36,770 nt of DNA from a virus (IMGVR_UViG_3300049913_000009:1-36770); one strand, 5' to 3'; shown: positions 8,666 to 16,831, numbered from the stretch's first letter. Made by a program: numbers and translations. Notes: generated from the sequence alone by a model not told the origin.

Positions 8666-8699
8666 GGTGATACCTTAGGGGATAGCTCCGTTTTGTCAA
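8646..8699 (-). promoter_or_regulatory. Promoter with overlapping operator-like inverted repeat
   Basis: TTGACA(8699-8694)-N16-TAAGGT(8677-8672); inverted repeat CTAAGGTAT...ATACCTTAG at 8646-8678. Confidence 0.6.
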
Positions 8700-8881
8700 G
8701 CATCTGCCCTTTCACGGATCTGCACTAGGAGCTGACAGTATCTGCGGTACAACTGCCACAGCTCTTCCGTCTCCTGGACGCGCCCACTCCGGCGAGCTGC
8801 CGGCGCACGATCACGGATGACGGCCTCGAGTGCTGCAGGCGACTTCCACATCTTCTGATGCTGTTCGTATGTGACGACCAT
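8696..8881 (-). CDS. Hypothetical protein
   Basis: ORF in early gene chain. Confidence 0.55.
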   Translation of the reverse strand: MVVTYEQHQKMWKSPAALEAVIRDRAPAARRSGRVQETEELWQLYRRYCQLLVQIRERADA

Positions 8882-8891
8882 GGCACACCGG

Positions 8892-9137
8892 TCACTTGGT
8901 CACGCGGTACAGATGTTCCTGTGTGCCGCTGTTCCGTGGTCTCCCGGTGCCGTACTGGTCCAGGCGGGCCTGGAGACGCTCACGGTCGCGCAGGATCATT
9001 GCATAGAGCATTCGCAGGTCGCCAAACTCGTCCTGCAGGACTTTGTTGTCACGGCGCAGGCGGGCGACCTCCACGCCCGCCGCCATGATTTGCGCCTCTT
9101 CGAGACGTGACAGGACCCTATGCCCGAACAGTCGCAT
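8892..9137 (-). CDS. Coiled-coil hypothetical protein
   Basis: ORF in early gene chain. Confidence 0.55.
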   Translation of the reverse strand: MRLFGHRVLSRLEEAQIMAAGVEVARLRRDNKVLQDEFGDLRMLYAMILRDRERLQARLDQYGTGRPRNSGTQEHLYRVTK

Positions 9138-9138
9138 G

Positions 9139-9567
9139 TCAGACCACCTTCTGGACTTCGAGTTTTACTTCGCGCACCGTCACGGCCTGGATCTCCTTCG
9201 CGGCGATAACGGTTCGGAATAGCTCGACGTCGATACTCTTGGCGTTCGCGATTGCCACCAGAACCTTCTCGTCGACCGTCTTGACGATGCACGCCGAACC
9301 CCACGGCTCGGCCTCAATCTTCGAGAGGTCGTAGACAATCGACGGGGCCGGATGCCGGATGGTCAGGATGGCCTCGTAGCCGAGGCATTCCACCCGCGGT
9401 GTGTTCGACTGCTTTACTGCGTCTTTGACCAGACCTTCCAGCGTGATGAGATGTGCTATGACCTCTTTGTACTGCCGGATTTCCGGCGATGTCTCCATAT
9501 CGGCCAGCATCTTGCGGGCCTCGACATAGGTTGTCAGCGCTGTCACTGCATCCATCGCCGTCATCAT
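9139..9567 (-). CDS. Hypothetical protein
   Basis: GGGAGG SD before ATG at 9567. Confidence 0.65.
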   Translation of the reverse strand: MMTAMDAVTALTTYVEARKMLADMETSPEIRQYKEVIAHLITLEGLVKDAVKQSNTPRVECLGYEAILTIRHPAPSIVYDLSKIEAEPWGSACIVKTVDEKVLVAIANAKSIDVELFRTVIAAKEIQAVTVREVKLEVQKVV

Positions 9568-9643
9568 GTTGCCCTCCCGCCACATGTTGGGCACATGCGA
9601 GTCTGGACGCCGCGGTCATTCGCCCACGGACATTGTGCGCAGG

Positions 9644-10705
9644 TCATTTGAACAGCTCCGCGAAGTCATGAGGATCCATGGGTTCGTACCCATCCTGCAG
9701 ATTGTGAATCAACTCTGCGGCAAACGCCATGTCGATGGTTACCTGACGCCCGTCGACTGTCGCAACCGGCGGGTCTACATGAACGTTGATCCCCTGGATG
9801 CTGAACTTAGCCAGCTCTTCGGCCGACTTGTTGGACGCCAGCTGCTCGATGGCCGCCAGCTGGTCGCGGGTCGCCGGCGTACTGACGGATTTCGGTGTCT
9901 CCTGCTGGGCTGTCTCGACCGTACCATCCACCACGTCATCGAGATCATCCGGCCTGCTCTCGTCCGGTTCCGGCACAGCCACGGTCCCGCCATCTTCGCC
10001 AGCTCTCAGCGCAGGCACGAGGGAGACAGGAAGCTTCGCCAGGTCGCGGATCGTCCCCTCGTACGTCAGATGCATGTAGCGGATGTGCTTCTTGCCCATG
10101 CCCTTGGCGGCGTCCATGTGGTCGACGTCCCGTTCCATGAGACTGAGGGTCAGGGGCACGAATGCGATGCGCCCGTTCAGGGCAGCCCGGATCGTGGCCA
10201 CATCGTCCAGCAGTTCAGTCAGGCCATTCCAGCTCTTGGTATCAATCTGGTAGGTCCCGACGCCGGGAACGTCCGGCAGGTTGACCATGAGGTTCATGGT
10301 CGGCGCGCAGCCCTTGAGCTTCACTTCGCCGTTCTTGTCGATGTACTGGTTGAACTTGCAGTCCTTGGCGCCAGGGCATTCGCATTCGATACGCGTCCCG
10401 GTCTTGAGGTCGAGGCGCTTCGCCGTCACGCCGTCTCCCTTGCAGACGGGAGCAACCGTGCTCGCTCCGTACAGCTTGAGCCAGACGGGCATGACGACGT
10501 CGACATCGTTGCTAAGAAACATCACTGTCAGTTGTTTCGGTTCGGGGCCGTATTTCGCCTGCACCTCCGGCGGGCAGACGAAGTAGTCGGTCTGCGATGG
10601 ATAGCCCTTTGTATCGTTCTTGTCACGGAACTTCCTGATGCCGAGATGAATTTTTCCTTGACGGGGCGCATGGCGCTGCCCGTCTGAAATCCCTGTAATT
10701 GGCAT
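9644..10705 (-). CDS. Gp3-like (recombination directionality factor-like) protein
   Basis: PRQGKIHLG...GYP..TDYFV...YG.EPKQL...CKGDG...C.C...C...C..GTYQIDTKSWN pattern recalled from this family; GGAGG SD. Confidence 0.65.
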   Translation of the reverse strand: MPITGISDGQRHAPRQGKIHLGIRKFRDKNDTKGYPSQTDYFVCPPEVQAKYGPEPKQLTVMFLSNDVDVVMPVWLKLYGASTVAPVCKGDGVTAKRLDLKTGTRIECECPGAKDCKFNQYIDKNGEVKLKGCAPTMNLMVNLPDVPGVGTYQIDTKSWNGLTELLDDVATIRAALNGRIAFVPLTLSLMERDVDHMDAAKGMGKKHIRYMHLTYEGTIRDLAKLPVSLVPALRAGEDGGTVAVPEPDESRPDDLDDVVDGTVETAQQETPKSVSTPATRDQLAAIEQLASNKSAEELAKFSIQGINVHVDPPVATVDGRQVTIDMAFAAELIHNLQDGYEPMDPHDFAELFK

Positions 10706-10734
10706 ACCGTACCTCCAAGGTCTCTGATATGGTA

Positions 10735-10926
10735 CTATTCCGTCAGTTCGTCCAGACTAAGTCCGGTTAACTTCTTCAGTTTCTGTGCGTTCGCCAGCGC
10801 TGGCCGCGACACACCCTTCACCCACCTCCATGTTGCGTTGTAGCTCGTTCCCATCTGCTGCGCCAACCACAGGACGGTCTTGCCGTGCTGTGCCAGCCAC
10901 TTCGCGATCGGTGTCTGCTTCTCCAC
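10735..10926 (-). CDS. Cro-like XRE HTH regulator
   Basis: LAQQMGTSYNATWRWVKGVSRP...LSLDEL; 63 aa. Confidence 0.85.
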   Translation of the reverse strand: MEKQTPIAKWLAQHGKTVLWLAQQMGTSYNATWRWVKGVSRPALANAQKLKKLTGLSLDELTE

Positions 10927-11317
10927 ATTCCTCCTTTCCCGACAGACGGTCGGCCAATTCCTTCAGATAGTGGTTCCAAGCAATGCCCTGTGTGCCGGCG
11001 CCTGGCTCGTGCGGGCCTCTTCCATCAATGACGCGCCACAATCCGTCAAACCGCGACTTTCGGCAACGCACGGTCTGGTCCGGCTCCTTGCCTTCGCTAA
11101 AGACACCCCCAGTCAAGACAAGATCGATAGGCCGATAGTAATTCACATGCCGGACAGTGCCAAGTGTCCAGAACAGGACCGTGAGCGGTTCTGCGCTCCG
11201 AGCAGTTACGCCGATAACCAAGCCGAAGTTGCCGTCTTCGTCGCTGCCGTCGACGATCTTGACCTCCTTTTTCAAAAACCGGTGCCGCAACTTCATGACA
11301 TCGAACTCTTCTTCCAT
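10757..11317 (-). CDS. Hypothetical early protein (3' end overlaps cro-like gene)
   Basis: GGAGG SD before ATG at 11317; true 3' end uncertain. Confidence 0.55.
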   Translation of the reverse strand: MEEEFDVMKLRHRFLKKEVKIVDGSDEDGNFGLVIGVTARSAEPLTVLFWTLGTVRHVNYYRPIDLVLTGGVFSEGKEPDQTVRCRKSRFDGLWRVIDGRGPHEPGAGTQGIAWNHYLKELADRLSGKEECGEADTDREVAGTARQDRPVVGAADGNELQRNMEVGEGCVAASAGERTETEEVNRT

Positions 11318-11468
11318 CTCGAGCCTCCAAGGTCTCTGATAATTCCTGTTGCGCTCGTATTGTATCCATTCGGTATATATTTTCCAGCCGTCAATGGTGA
11401 AAGAACTATGAACACTTCCTAGTATAAACAGGGTGCTGGCGCCGTCCATTACAGCGCAGACACGCAGT

Positions 11469-11533
11469 TGGTCACGTGGTCGCTTGCGCCCATGGTCATT
11501 CTGGCACAAGGTCACTTGTGACAAAGTGACCAA
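11469..11533. repeat. parS/operator-like array, TGGTCACN with 8-bp period
   Basis: tggtcac(11469), tggtcgc(11477), tggtcat(11493), aggtcac(11509), then inverted gtgacc; overlaps the rightward promoter. Confidence 0.7.
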
Positions 11534-11544
11534 CGTGTTATACT
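11516..11544 (+). promoter_or_regulatory. Promoter of the partition arm
   Basis: TTGTGA-N17-TATACT with extended TGn. Confidence 0.6.
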
Positions 11545-11588
11545 TGCGCGGACCTTGGAACAGCGAGACCTTGGAACGGAGGTACGAT

Positions 11589-11804
11589 ATGGCTTCAGGG
11601 TTTTGTTCCAAGACCGTCCATCTCACCGATCCGATCCTCATCCAACTCGTCGAGACCGTCGCACAGGTCCGCAAGTGTTCGCTCGAGCATGTCATTTCTG
11701 ACGCGGTCGCCTATCGCTACGGCTCCCGGTCGCCCGTTATTGAAGAAGGTCTGCCGCTTCCGGACGTGACGCTCATTACTGAGACGGACGGCGATAATGA
11801 GTAA
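11589..11804 (+). CDS. Putative ribbon-helix-helix regulator
   Basis: GGAGG SD; KTVHLTD[15 protein letters not shown] pattern. Confidence 0.55.
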   Translation: MASGFCSKTVHLTDPILIQLVETVAQVRKCSLEHVISDAVAYRYGSRSPVIEEGLPLPDVTLITETDGDNE

Positions 11805-12281
11805 CGTCATTGCCGTCGCCAATCAGAAAGGCGGCGTCGGGAAAACGACCATAGCCTACCACGTCGCCTGTTACCTTGCGCAGAAACGGCGTACGTTAGT
11901 CATTGATCTGGACCCGCAGGCCAACATGACGGAGATGTGGGCAGACCCGGCAGTCATCGCGGAAGACCACTGCATCATGGCAGCACCGGACTGACATCCA
12001 GCATCATGAGCCTGCGCAAGAAGTGGAACCCCGGCCTGTCGATTGCCGGGATCGTCGTCAACCAGGTCAGGACGAACACCCATGACGATGTCGAGATGAT
12101 CGCACTCATGCGGGCGAAATATGGCGAGGCGATGTTCGAAGCAGAGTTGCCTCTCTATGTCGCTATCCGTGGGGCGGTGAAGCGCCACGTGCCGGTGTGG
12201 CGGTGGCAGGCAAGTTCTAAGGCAGCCGAAGTCTATCTTGCCCTCATGGCCGAGATTGAAGGGAGAGTATTTGCCTCATGA
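11797..12281 (+). pseudogene. parA: ParA/Soj ATPase, internally deleted and frameshifted
   Basis: [10 protein letters not shown] and IDLDPQAN are followed by a stop at 11994. The C-terminal part (LSIAGIVVNQV...VYLALMAEI) is in another frame, and the Walker B segment is missing. Confidence 0.85.
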
Positions 12282-12529
12282 AGAGACCGAAGAGTTTCCT
12301 GGAACAACCGGACAAAGAGGGTCGCGTCCAAGCACACTTCCGCATGACCGACGATGAGCGCATGGAGATGCAGATGCATTGTCTGAGACGACACCGTTCC
12401 GTTTCGGACTGGCTCTGCGAAGCCGTGAAGGAGAAAATGGCGCGCGAGCTCGAGGCCGACATGCACAAGGCGGCAGAGGAATCGGAGCAGCTGCCGGACG
12501 TGTCGAGTCTGCTCCTGCATCACAAGTGA
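12278..12529 (+). CDS. ParG/omega-like RHH centromere-binding protein
   Basis: Flexible N-terminus, then VQAHFRMTDDERMEMQ...SVSDWLCEAV; ATGA-coupled to parA. Confidence 0.75.
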   Translation: MKRPKSFLEQPDKEGRVQAHFRMTDDERMEMQMHCLRRHRSVSDWLCEAVKEKMARELEADMHKAAEESEQLPDVSSLLLHHK

Positions 12530-12557
12530 CCATGGTCACATGCGACCATGTGACCAT
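12526..12557. repeat. parS-like array (4 octamers, mixed orientation)
   Basis: gtgaccat-ggtcacat-gcgaccat-gtgaccat immediately after the RHH gene. Confidence 0.75.
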
Positions 12558-12858
12558 ATGGGGAGAGAGACAGTAATACTCGCATGGATTTGCCAATTCT
12601 GCTCCCGTCCATATCCTCGAAGTGGCTTCTCCTTTCGTGTACCTCCTTGGTCCAACGGGCGCCAGCCACGCCCGCACCTGTACAAATGGGCGCGCGGTGT
12701 GAAGGAAGACGCCCTGGCATCCCCGCTCTCTTTGAGGGTGGCTCGACACTGAGGACACCGCCCGCCCCAACCTGTGCCCCGTTCCACCTCACCTGTGCGC
12801 GCGGGGCCTTTTCATTTTGTGATGTGCGGCTATGCTATCGAATCATAGGAGGCAGATC

Positions 12859-13044
12859 ATGGGTGACACAGCGATTGACGAGAAGACCGAAGACTTGGCC
12901 GCGATCCGCAAGATGATGGAGGAAGAGAAAGCGGCGAAGGAGAAGAAGGATAAACTGGCGGCCGTGAACACCATCGCCAACTTTGCGATCTGGATCGGTG
13001 TGGTGATTATCGGTATTGCCCTCCTGGTGACATTCTTGAAATAG
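12859..13044 (+). CDS. Small membrane protein (61 aa)
   Basis: AGGAGG SD; charged N-terminal half and a C-terminal TM helix. Confidence 0.75.
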   Translation: MGDTAIDEKTEDLAAIRKMMEEEKAAKEKKDKLAAVNTIANFAIWIGVVIIGIALLVTFLK

Positions 13045-13334
13045 GGAGATTCCTGCCCGACGTTCGCGAACCGCTACGATAGCCGGCGTATTTGCAAGGT
13101 AGGGGTACTAGCACACGGCAAGGCATTTGAAATCTTCGCCTAGGGCCTCTTTTTGAGACGCTGATCCAGCGGATTGTCATTTTAAGGGTGATCCGGTCCT
13201 AAACTGCGACGCCCGACCTGAAAAAGCATCGGGCGAGGATCTCTTCCTGCTCTTGGCAGGTGAGTCTATCTCTTCAACCTCTCATTCATCTCACCCTCCA
13301 CGCCTTAGATTGTCTCGTATGACCATCATGACCC

Positions 13335-13871
13335 TTAAGCGGAATAATACATTGCGGTCATAAGAATCTGGTGAGTACATGTAGAAATGGTAGGCGGGTA
13401 CATCGTGCTACCCTGCGTAATTCCTATTCCAAGATTGTCCGCCGATCCACCCACACAGATGAGTGCTCCGCCCGCTCCGAAAGTACCCATAGCAAAGGGG
13501 AGTCCGGTAATGGTACTTGTTCCGCCGCCAGAGCAAGCAACCGATGTGTTTCCCCCGCTTCCCGCCGCTATATTAAGTGTGACATACACTAGATGCCCAA
13601 TCTTTGCATATACTCCCGTCAATACGGGGGCTGTCCCCACAACGGTAAAACCGACCAATACTGGCGTCCATGTTCCCTCGCTATAGGCCGCAGTACCAAG
13701 CGTTGCCAGTTGTGCCGCAGCGTTGGCGTCGTCCATCAAGTCTTTCCCCGCTTGGCTGACTGCCTGTGTCCCCAAGGTAAGGTCGGTTGCGATCACCTTG
13801 TTCCACTTCTTCGCGGAAGTCCCCAGTTGTCCTTCGTTGTCAGCGCGAGGCACTATATTCTTGGTTGCCAT
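13335..13871 (-). CDS. Tail fibre / receptor-binding protein
   Basis: YSEGTWTPVL...YAKIGHLVYV...ITGLPF fibre C-terminal pattern. Confidence 0.7.
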   Translation of the reverse strand: MATKNIVPRADNEGQLGTSAKKWNKVIATDLTLGTQAVSQAGKDLMDDANAAAQLATLGTAAYSEGTWTPVLVGFTVVGTAPVLTGVYAKIGHLVYVTLNIAAGSGGNTSVACSGGGTSTITGLPFAMGTFGAGGALICVGGSADNLGIGITQGSTMYPPTISTCTHQILMTAMYYSA

Positions 13872-13880
13872 CTCCGCCCC

Positions 13881-13982
13881 CTATATAACCAGAAGAAACA
13901 TGACAATGCCAATGACGGCAACAACAACGAGAATCGCAAGAGTCGTAACCCAATCGGGAAGTTCTCGGAACCAGAAGGTCAT
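13881..13982 (-). CDS. 33-aa single-TM peptide
   Basis: MTFWFRELPDWVTTLAILVVVAVIGIVMFLLVI; ATGA overlap; fills the intergenic gap exactly. Confidence 0.6.
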   Translation of the reverse strand: MTFWFRELPDWVTTLAILVVVAVIGIVMFLLVI

Positions 13983-14788
13983 GCGAACCCCATGAGTTTG
14001 GCATTCGTCAGGATTTCTCCAGCAGTTCTTGCGACGGTAGAAATACGAACGGTGGCGATGGAACCCGTGAAGGAATCGACGCTTGAACTGTTCTTGCCAA
14101 ACATGAGAGTGTAACTGTCCAGTGCTCCAGCTCCTATGCCAAGGTTGCCGCTTGCCACGCTCACGCCGTCCACATAGAGTGCGGCGGCATTGGAACTCCG
14201 TATGATGGTTCCAGCCATGTAGTGGTAAAGTCCATCGTCCACTCTGTTAGCACCAATAACGGCGTCCTCAGCTGTAGCTCTCAGATACCAGATGGGTTTG
14301 CCGCATTGCGCTCCTGATGGCCCGCCACGGATAGCCAAGCACCACCAACCACCTGCACCCGTCAATGGCCCTCTCTCAACAAGACCAAACTGCCATGTGT
14401 TGTCATACGGTGAAGCCGTGGGGACGGTCTCCGCCTTGAACACAACCTCAACCGTCACGTCATTGGATGCGACGTCGCACCCACTTGCAAGCAACACAAC
14501 GGCGGTGTTGGTTCTGACAAACGCCAAGTCAGAACCCCACGGCCCCGTTGTTCCCCATGTGGTGGTATTGAGTGTCGTGCCAATGTGGGGCGTCGTTGCT
14601 TTGTCTGCAACAAGAGTCGTGACACCATAAGGACTGACCGCCCCATTGGCGTTCTCATCAAACCACCACAGTCCAATCGTACTAGCATCCAATTGGAGTC
14701 GATAGGGGGTCTCGATAAGCGTCTGCCCCTTCAGGACGGGAAGGTGCCCCAGACTTGCCCTATCTCGATAGATGTCCCGAACGCTCAT
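13979..14788 (-). CDS. LamG/ConA-like virion protein
   Basis: GLWWFDE...DGLYHYMAGT...LYVDG...FTGSIATVRIS..AR. Confidence 0.8.
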   Translation of the reverse strand: MSVRDIYRDRASLGHLPVLKGQTLIETPYRLQLDASTIGLWWFDENANGAVSPYGVTTLVADKATTPHIGTTLNTTTWGTTGPWGSDLAFVRTNTAVVLLASGCDVASNDVTVEVVFKAETVPTASPYDNTWQFGLVERGPLTGAGGWWCLAIRGGPSGAQCGKPIWYLRATAEDAVIGANRVDDGLYHYMAGTIIRSSNAAALYVDGVSVASGNLGIGAGALDSYTLMFGKNSSSVDSFTGSIATVRISTVARTAGEILTNAKLMGFA

Positions 14789-15138
14789 TAGTAGTCCAGA
14801 AGGTTCACATAGCCGTGCAAGATGATGACGTTGGCGACAGATGCGAAGGCTTTGATAACCAATCCGTTCTGGAGCATGATCCCCGGCGTGACAAGGTAGA
14901 GGCCGGACTTGGCAGGAATGGTCACGATGATGTTGTCATCCGTTGAAGCGTTGCCCCATTCCAGAGTGAGAGTAACGGCTGCCGTGTGGTTGTTCTGCGC
15001 CCATAGCCATACCTCGTTCATGTCCGTTGTTCCCGCGACTGCCGTGTGGATCGTAGTACCCGCGGTGGCAGTCTGGACAACCTTGATGCCCCGCCCGTTT
15101 GTGGAACCGCTCAGTAGAACTCTCGTATATGCTGCCAT
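14788..15138 (-). CDS. Putative tail-associated beta-sandwich protein
   Basis: Position in the fibre module and beta-rich composition. Confidence 0.6.
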   Translation of the reverse strand: MAAYTRVLLSGSTNGRGIKVVQTATAGTTIHTAVAGTTDMNEVWLWAQNNHTAAVTLTLEWGNASTDDNIIVTIPAKSGLYLVTPGIMLQNGLVIKAFASVANVIILHGYVNLLDY

Positions 15139-15689
15139 TAGAACACCCCTATCATCATTGCGTCAACCTCTGCATCTCTTGTCGCTGCCGCCCCTATCTC
15201 TGCCCCACGCCATGAGTACACAATCATGGACACGGCGTTCTCGGTCACGATAGCAACAGGAAGGGAGATATGCCCGACGGCAGTCGGTTCGGTTATCGTA
15301 AGTGCCCCTGCCGTGGTATCAGAAAGGAACAGAACAGAGCCTGCGGCAACGGCGGGAACACCCGTCAACATCTTGCCCGCAGCGCAGTAGATAAAGTCGT
15401 CTGTCCCGACATCGACGGAGACGACCCCTACGACATCAGAAGTGGCAGCGGCATCAGCAAGGGCCTTGGCATAGGTATTGGCACCAGAACAATAGATGAC
15501 ATCGCCCGCCACAAAGGGGTGAGAGTGCTGATGGACATGAATCGAACCCATCATCACCGCGTGGTTCGCCGCCCCGTCCCCGATGTACATGATTTCCGTA
15601 TCAGTCGTCCAGCCTAGTTGTCCAGCCTCAAGGGTAGGGAGGCCAGAGGCCGGACCACGATATGCTTTGACGATCGTTTCTACTGCCAT
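15138..15689 (-). CDS. Tail fibre-associated protein with Mtd-N-like N-terminus
   Basis: RGPASGLPTLEAGQLGWTTDTEIMYIGDG. Confidence 0.65.
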   Translation of the reverse strand: MAVETIVKAYRGPASGLPTLEAGQLGWTTDTEIMYIGDGAANHAVMMGSIHVHQHSHPFVAGDVIYCSGANTYAKALADAAATSDVVGVVSVDVGTDDFIYCAAGKMLTGVPAVAAGSVLFLSDTTAGALTITEPTAVGHISLPVAIVTENAVSMIVYSWRGAEIGAAATRDAEVDAMMIGVF

Positions 15690-15698
15690 AGATACCCC

Positions 15699-16148
15699 CT
15701 ACCTGTGCGACTTCTTCTTCGCTGCCTTCAACGTGTCAATCTCCTTCTGCAAGTCGTCACAGGTGCATTGGAGCGTTGTATAGTCATCACGAGACTTCTT
15801 CAACGCTGCGTTTGCGACATCCAACTCGACCTTCGTCGCCTCTGTCTCCCGACTCTTGTTTGCAAGAGCAGTTGCGCTGTTTGCCAGTTCTCCCTTGACC
15901 GCATCCCGTTCTTTTCGTGCTTCAGTCAAGGCGCGGTCAAGTTCGATGTTCTTCTCGGCCAGTTGCTTGTTGGACAATTCCAGGGCGGGTTTCGCCGCCC
16001 TGAGAGCAATAACCTCTGTCGCAAGTCCCTTCGTTGTTTCAAGGGACGTGCGGTAGGCGTCCAATTCCCTGTCCTTCGAGTAAATCTCAACTTCCTTGCG
16101 CCCGATGATCTCGAAGAGTTGGTTATCGGTGATCTGTATCTCGCTCAC
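15699..16148 (-). CDS. Coiled-coil protein (possible fibre chaperone)
   Basis: Heptad-rich, E/K/A-rich. Confidence 0.6.
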   Translation of the reverse strand: MSEIQITDNQLFEIIGRKEVEIYSKDRELDAYRTSLETTKGLATEVIALRAAKPALELSNKQLAEKNIELDRALTEARKERDAVKGELANSATALANKSRETEATKVELDVANAALKKSRDDYTTLQCTCDDLQKEIDTLKAAKKKSHR

Positions 16149-16828
16149 TAGATTGCCTCCTTGCTAAACGTCAGAATCTTCTCTCTCAGCGCAGTCTTAT
16201 CTTTCAGTTCATGTTCCCATACAACTAGAGTGTCCCAGCCAAACTGCTTGAAGTATTCCTTTCTGTCGTTCTCTGAATGACTGTGTCCAGTTCTCTGAAT
16301 AAACTCCTCAGAGTGCCAGTAGTCGCCGAATAGTTCAACGATCTTCTTCTGTCCATTGATGTTCACAAAATCCGGGACCTTGCCGCCGAGGATCACGATG
16401 TCCCCTTTCACGTTCAGAGCATATTCGCCTGGAAGCAACTCTTGGAGAACGGAATCCAAGTCCTTCTCTTTCTTGTTCGGTTTCATGTGAACACTCTTGA
16501 ACACATTTCTTATCCGTACCTCTTTTGTCAGTTCTGATTCTCTGTGCCCCTTCTTGAACTCGACTCCGGGATGCTCTCCTTTCCTGAACTCAGTTTCAGG
16601 GTGCCGATGCTCACCCACCTTAAACTCAGTTTCAGGAGAGCGATGTTTGCCCATATTTGTCTCGCTGTCCTTCTTTTTTGACTCCTCGGAGCGAGGAATC
16701 CCCACATGAGGACAAGACAGCCCTTTGTTCCATGCGGTCTGCAAACCCCGTTTCCCTTTATTCCATGGAGTTCGCCCGCACATATTCTTGAGAGATTCTA
16801 TACTCACGTGAGAACCCTTAACGCTCAT
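16148..16828 (-). CDS. NUMOD3 + Vsr/DUF559-like homing endonuclease
   Basis: PWNKG repeats, (P)ETEF(K)KGEH repeats, VPDF...VELFGDYWH...GWDTLVVWEHE; visibly AT-richer than its flanks. Confidence 0.8.
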   Translation of the reverse strand: MSVKGSHVSIESLKNMCGRTPWNKGKRGLQTAWNKGLSCPHVGIPRSEESKKKDSETNMGKHRSPETEFKVGEHRHPETEFRKGEHPGVEFKKGHRESELTKEVRIRNVFKSVHMKPNKKEKDLDSVLQELLPGEYALNVKGDIVILGGKVPDFVNINGQKKIVELFGDYWHSEEFIQRTGHSHSENDRKEYFKQFGWDTLVVWEHELKDKTALREKILTFSKEAI

Positions 16829-16831
16829 TGC

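Noticed and set aside
8652-8671. Similarity of TATCACCGCCAAGGTGTTA to lambda operators
   Set aside because: Short match with different spacing in an unrelated phage; kept only as a generic inverted repeat
7931-12557. CRISPR-like array interpretation of the short repeats
   Set aside because: Units are 8-19 bp without unique ~30-bp spacers; better explained as iterons, parS and SD motifs
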